DNA from: Bdellovibrionota bacterium
Lineage (GTDB): Bacteria; Bdellovibrionota_C; UBA2361; JAAYZI01
DNA length: 64,000 bases
Assembly: GCA_050950765.1 (NCBI GenBank)
Contig: JBMNIF010000002.1
Coordinates: 992,001-1,056,000 of the forward strand
Reading direction: 5' to 3'
Within the stretch, counting starts at the first letter, position 1. Each line of letters begins with the position of its first letter. The translations under genes and the position numbers were made by a program. The notes below the pieces were generated by a model that saw only the letters and a list, made by a program, of their open reading frames with translations, did not search any database and was not told the DNA's origin. Shown here piece after piece: positions 60,160 through 64,000 of the stretch.

Positions 60160-61560
60160 GTGAATAATGTGCCGTTACATCAGATATATTCAAATGTTAA
60201 TGCTAAAAAGCTTTTTCCTAAAAGATCGGAGATCCTTGAGGATTTAAAGCTGCATAGAAATTGCGATATCCTTATTGTTGGTGGAGGGGTGCACGGCGCA
60301 GTAATGGCGCACTTAGCAGCTTTTAATGGTTTTAGGACTGTTCTCTTAGAGATGAATGATTACGCTTCGGGAGGTTCTGCCGTTACGGATGGGTTGTTAT
60401 TTGGAGATCTAAAAACTCAAAATCCATACATAATTAGAAGAAAGATAAGATCAGCTAAGGATCTTCTTAATACAACTAAACACCTCTTACACCCTGTTAA
60501 TCTCACTCTAAAGGGGAGTCCACCCTACTTGTTTTCATTGGCTAATAAGATAGGCGGAAGGACGTTACAACAGGAGCACTTATTTGATGCTAATTTTTGC
60601 AGTACACGTTACGTTCTGGATCGTATCTTTGCAGCAAGACAGGAGGGGGCAAGGTCTCTTAATTACGCTAAGGTAACTGCTTATCACGCTAAAGCAGGAG
60701 GTGGAGTAGATGTCTCTTGGGTAGATCAATTAAGTGGGGATAAATTCAACACCTCTTGCGGAGTAATGATCAATTGTTGCGGTGTTTGGCAATCTCAACT
60801 TGGACGCATCACTCCGCAACACTCCAATAAGTTTCAGACGCTCCGTAGAGAGGTTTATACCTTTCAGAAAAAATTAGATCTCTCGCCAACCTTACTTTAT
60901 GACACGGCAGGAAGGTCTTTTACGATTAATCCGTTTGGAGAGAAAACGGTTATAAGCGCCTTTGAGAGAGAGATCTCTGATGTAACAAAAGATGTAAAAA
61001 GAGATGAGGAGGATATTAAGAGGTGGCTTGCTGATAATGTACCGCAATTGGTGGAGATCCCTTTTTCAGTTAAGAGTGTTGATTATTTAAGACCGCGGGG
61101 ACGTGCTGCAGCACGGGGGTATTATTGGAATATAAATGGTGGTGTTTTTTCGTTAATCGGTGGAAGCTTTGTTGATGGTGTAGATATCGCTGAGGATTGT
61201 TTGCGTAAGGTCGTAACCTTGAGTGGAGTAGATAGTAAGTGCACCTCATTAAGGGGAAGGGTATTAGCAGGTGCTGCTGATTATGATGGTGCTGCTAAGG
61301 AGTTTTTAAGTGCAACAAAAGCAGCTAACATTCCGAGTATCGTTTCAAAAGCGTGTTTGGAACGGTGGGGAAGGCGCGCCTTAATGGTTTTAGATAAACC
61401 GGAGGGGTTACACCTTGTGGCAGGCAAAGTTTTAAAAGGAGAGATCGATTTGGCGGTAGAACTTGAACAAGGTGTCTATCCTGATGATGTTGTTAAAAGA
61501 CGGTTCGGATTGGATGATAATGAGATCACCTCGGAGGTTGGAAAGGTGCTTGCTAGTTGA
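60160..61560 (+). CDS. Divergent GlpD-like FAD-dependent oxidoreductase
   Basis: DILIVGGGVHG, DYASGGS, LNYAKV, C-terminal 'GEIDLAVELEQ...DDVVKRR'. Confidence 0.7.
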   Translation: MNNVPLHQIYSNVNAKKLFPKRSEILEDLKLHRNCDILIVGGGVHGAVMAHLAAFNGFRTVLLEMNDYASGGSAVTDGLLFGDLKTQNPYIIRRKIRSAKDLLNTTKHLLHPVNLTLKGSPPYLFSLANKIGGRTLQQEHLFDANFCSTRYVLDRIFAARQEGARSLNYAKVTAYHAKAGGGVDVSWVDQLSGDKFNTSCGVMINCCGVWQSQLGRITPQHSNKFQTLRREVYTFQKKLDLSPTLLYDTAGRSFTINPFGEKTVISAFEREISDVTKDVKRDEEDIKRWLADNVPQLVEIPFSVKSVDYLRPRGRAAARGYYWNINGGVFSLIGGSFVDGVDIAEDCLRKVVTLSGVDSKCTSLRGRVLAGAADYDGAAKEFLSATKAANIPSIVSKACLERWGRRALMVLDKPEGLHLVAGKVLKGEIDLAVELEQGVYPDDVVKRRFGLDDNEITSEVGKVLAS

Positions 61561-61840
61561 TTAAATAAGGTGAGCGTTGCTGTTATCCTACACCTTTTTA
61601 AGCTTTAAATATTATTTCAAAAAAGAATCTTTTAGTGTTTTTATGCAGTTAGCTAGAGCAGTTACCCTTCTCCCCCTGCACTTTTTCTAAGTAGTTTTCA
61701 ACTTTTTAGGAGAGGTAGCACCGATAAATTTCGCAACTCTTAATGCAGCAGGGGAGCTTGGAGCCTTACTCTGTTTTATGTTAGGCTCTTCCGTGTTTTA
61801 ACCTCCATAATAATAGATAAATTTTTTTTGAGATATTTCT

Positions 61841-64000
61841 GTGAAAACAACATTTTTCAAAAACTCCCACGTAGTAGTAGCAGTTGTTAGTGAAGATACA
61901 CTTTCTGCTAAGGATGTCGAAAAGCTTGAGTGGTTATGCGAAGCAAAAGTTTTAAAACAATCTGAACTAGGAGGGCGTTACGTTGGACCTAGAAAGGAGA
62001 TGATCTCACCGTGGTCAACTAATGCAACTTCAATTGCTACTAATGTTGGGATCTCGGGTATTGCGCGCATGGAGTGTTTTACAGATGCGGATACTGAAAT
62101 AGATCCGATGTTGCAGGCTTATTATGATGGCTTAAATCAGGAGTCTTTACGGATCACAGCCCAACCAGCTCCCGTACAATACATAGATGATATCGCTGAA
62201 TACAACGAAAAAGAGGGGCTGGCACTTTCACGACATGAGATATCATACCTTAAAAAAGTTGCTGAGGATCTCGGAAGAAAACTCACAGATTGTGAATTGT
62301 ACGGATTTGCACAGATTAATTCAGAGCATTGTCGGCATAAAATTTTTAATGGTTGTTTTATTATTGATAATGAAGAGAAAGGCAAAAGCCTTTTTGCTCT
62401 TATAAAAGATACCAGTAAAGCTGCCGGAAAATACCTTGTTTCGGCGTATAAAGATAATGTGGCGTTTATTAGTGGTCCTCAGATTGAGCAGTTTCATCCT
62501 GATAAGAATAATGTCTTTATATTGACCCCCCTTGAGAGTGTTTTGGCACTAAAAGCGGAAACTCATAATTTCCCAACAACGGTTGAGCCCTTTTATGGTG
62601 CTTCTACGGGGAGTGGAGGTGAGATCAGAGACCGTATGGCAGGTGGTCGAGGCAGCTTGCCGTTAATAGGGTCGGCGATTTATATGACAGCGTATCCGCG
62701 ACTAGAGGGATCTGAAGCAGGTGCCTATGAAAGTTACACCACACCACGAAAGTGGAAGTATCAAACACCGCAACAGATCTTAACAAAAGCTTCTAACGGT
62801 GCTTCCGATTTCGGAAATAAATTCGGGCAGCCCCTTATCGTGGGATCTCTTTTAACTTTTGAAAGTGATACAGAGGTCGGTTTTTACGGTTTTGATCGAA
62901 CAGTAATGTTAGCTGGTGGGGTGGGGTATTCAAAAGCTGAATATGCCTTAAAAGATCAGCCGCAGGTGGGTGATATCGTTATTGTGCTGGGTGGTGATAA
63001 TTATAGGATCGGGATGGCAGGTGGTTCTGTCAGCTCTGTTGATACGGGCGCTTATTCAAGGGAGCTTGAATTAAGTGCTGTACAAAGAGCAAATCCTGAG
63101 ATGCAAAAACGGGTTTATAATGTAATTCGCTCCCTTGTTGAATCAACAGATAATCCGATTAGGATGGTGCACGATCATGGAGCGGGTGGACACATTAATT
63201 GTCTCGGTGAGTTAATAGATCCAGAAGGGGGAGAGATCGCATTAAAGGCTTTGCCGATTGGGGATCCTACTCTGTCCGTTAAAGAGATAGTTTGTAATGA
63301 GTCTCAAGAAAGGATGGGGCTTTTGGCAGCGCCTAAAGATATTCAACGGATAAAAGATCTTTCAGAGAGAGAGCGTGCTCCGTTTTATGCTGTTGGAAAG
63401 ATAACTGGCAAAAAAACTTTTGTCTTTAAAGATGAAAAAGATGAAACCCCCGTTAATCTGCCGTTGAGTGCGCTTTTTGATGAGTCACCTAAAGTTATTA
63501 TGCGTGACAAGACGGTGCCACGCACCTTTTCTGCGCTTGATATTACCATAAAAAACGGTGTTGATTTTAGAAAAGCTCTTGATTTAGTGCTTTCATTAGA
63601 AGGTGTGGCTTGTAAAGATTGGCTTACCAATAAAGTAGACCGTAGCGTAACAGGTCTGATCGCACAGCAACAGTGCGTCGGGGCGTTGCAATTACCGTTA
63701 GCGGACTTCGGAATGGTTGCGCTCGATTATACTGCAAAAAGTGGGATAGCGTTGGCATTGGGGCACGCTCCTGTAGCTGGAATTATTGATGCTAAAGCTG
63801 GATCTGTTTTAAGTGTGGCAGAGGCGTTAACGAACTTGGTGTGGGCACCGTTGGCACACGGCTTAGAAGGTGTGGTTTTAAGTGCTAATTGGATGTGGCC
63901 AGCTAAACAAGTGGGAGAAGATGCTCGCTTATATGAAGCTGTGCAAGCTTTAAGTGAGTTTTGTATCGAATTAGGTATCCCTGTCCCGACTGGAAAAGAT
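61841..64000 (+). CDS. purL: Phosphoribosylformylglycinamidine synthase, large form (truncated by window end)
   Basis: Hand translation from GTG 61841: VGPRKEMISPWSTNA, QINSEHCRHKIF, KAETHNFP, HDHGAGG, NESQERM, TNKVDRSV; missing from ORF track because no stop in window. Confidence 0.95.
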   Translation, partial: MKTTFFKNSHVVVAVVSEDTLSAKDVEKLEWLCEAKVLKQSELGGRYVGPRKEMISPWSTNATSIATNVGISGIARMECFTDADTEIDPMLQAYYDGLNQESLRITAQPAPVQYIDDIAEYNEKEGLALSRHEISYLKKVAEDLGRKLTDCELYGFAQINSEHCRHKIFNGCFIIDNEEKGKSLFALIKDTSKAAGKYLVSAYKDNVAFISGPQIEQFHPDKNNVFILTPLESVLALKAETHNFPTTVEPFYGASTGSGGEIRDRMAGGRGSLPLIGSAIYMTAYPRLEGSEAGAYESYTTPRKWKYQTPQQILTKASNGASDFGNKFGQPLIVGSLLTFESDTEVGFYGFDRTVMLAGGVGYSKAEYALKDQPQVGDIVIVLGGDNYRIGMAGGSVSSVDTGAYSRELELSAVQRANPEMQKRVYNVIRSLVESTDNPIRMVHDHGAGGHINCLGELIDPEGGEIALKALPIGDPTLSVKEIVCNESQERMGLLAAPKDIQRIKDLSERERAPFYAVGKITGKKTFVFKDEKDETPVNLPLSALFDESPKVIMRDKTVPRTFSALDITIKNGVDFRKALDLVLSLEGVACKDWLTNKVDRSVTGLIAQQQCVGALQLPLADFGMVALDYTAKSGIALALGHAPVAGIIDAKAGSVLSVAEALTNLVWAPLAHGLEGVVLSANWMWPAKQVGEDARLYEAVQALSEFCIELGIPVPTGKD

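Noticed and set aside
61660..61765. Riboswitch upstream of purL, and a 15/19 match to the cassette leader box at 61691
   Set aside because: No purine, ZTP or PRPP aptamer consensus recognised; the box match is T-rich and lacks the other cassette elements
62137..63630. Short ORFs listed at the window end
   Set aside because: They lie within the purL reading frame that runs off the window

Overview
Mostly housekeeping chromosome of a bacterium whose gene order looks deltaproteobacterial in the broad sense (inference from tilS-ftsH-cdaA-cdaR-glmM-nnr-tsaE and secE-nusG-rplKAJL-rpoBC). It also carries glgP, ndk, fcl, alr, thiL, miaB, purHD, a partial purL and six tRNAs. No integrase, transposase, reverse transcriptase, cas gene or CRISPR array is visible. 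The stand-out feature is an accessory island at about 33.5-37.6 kb: four 150-175 aa minus-strand orphan ORFs organised as cassettes. Two ~250 bp multi-hairpin spacers there are ~94% identical even though the adjacent ORFs are highly divergent. All four cassettes share a ~30 nt 3' hairpin motif overlapping or next to the stop codon and a 23 nt 5' box, and leader and trailer sequences are mutually complementary. A second pattern is recurrent ~74-84 bp tandem duplications beginning at gene 3' ends, including one dispersed 74 bp repeat family at two loci. All calls come from manual motif recognition; no database searches were run.
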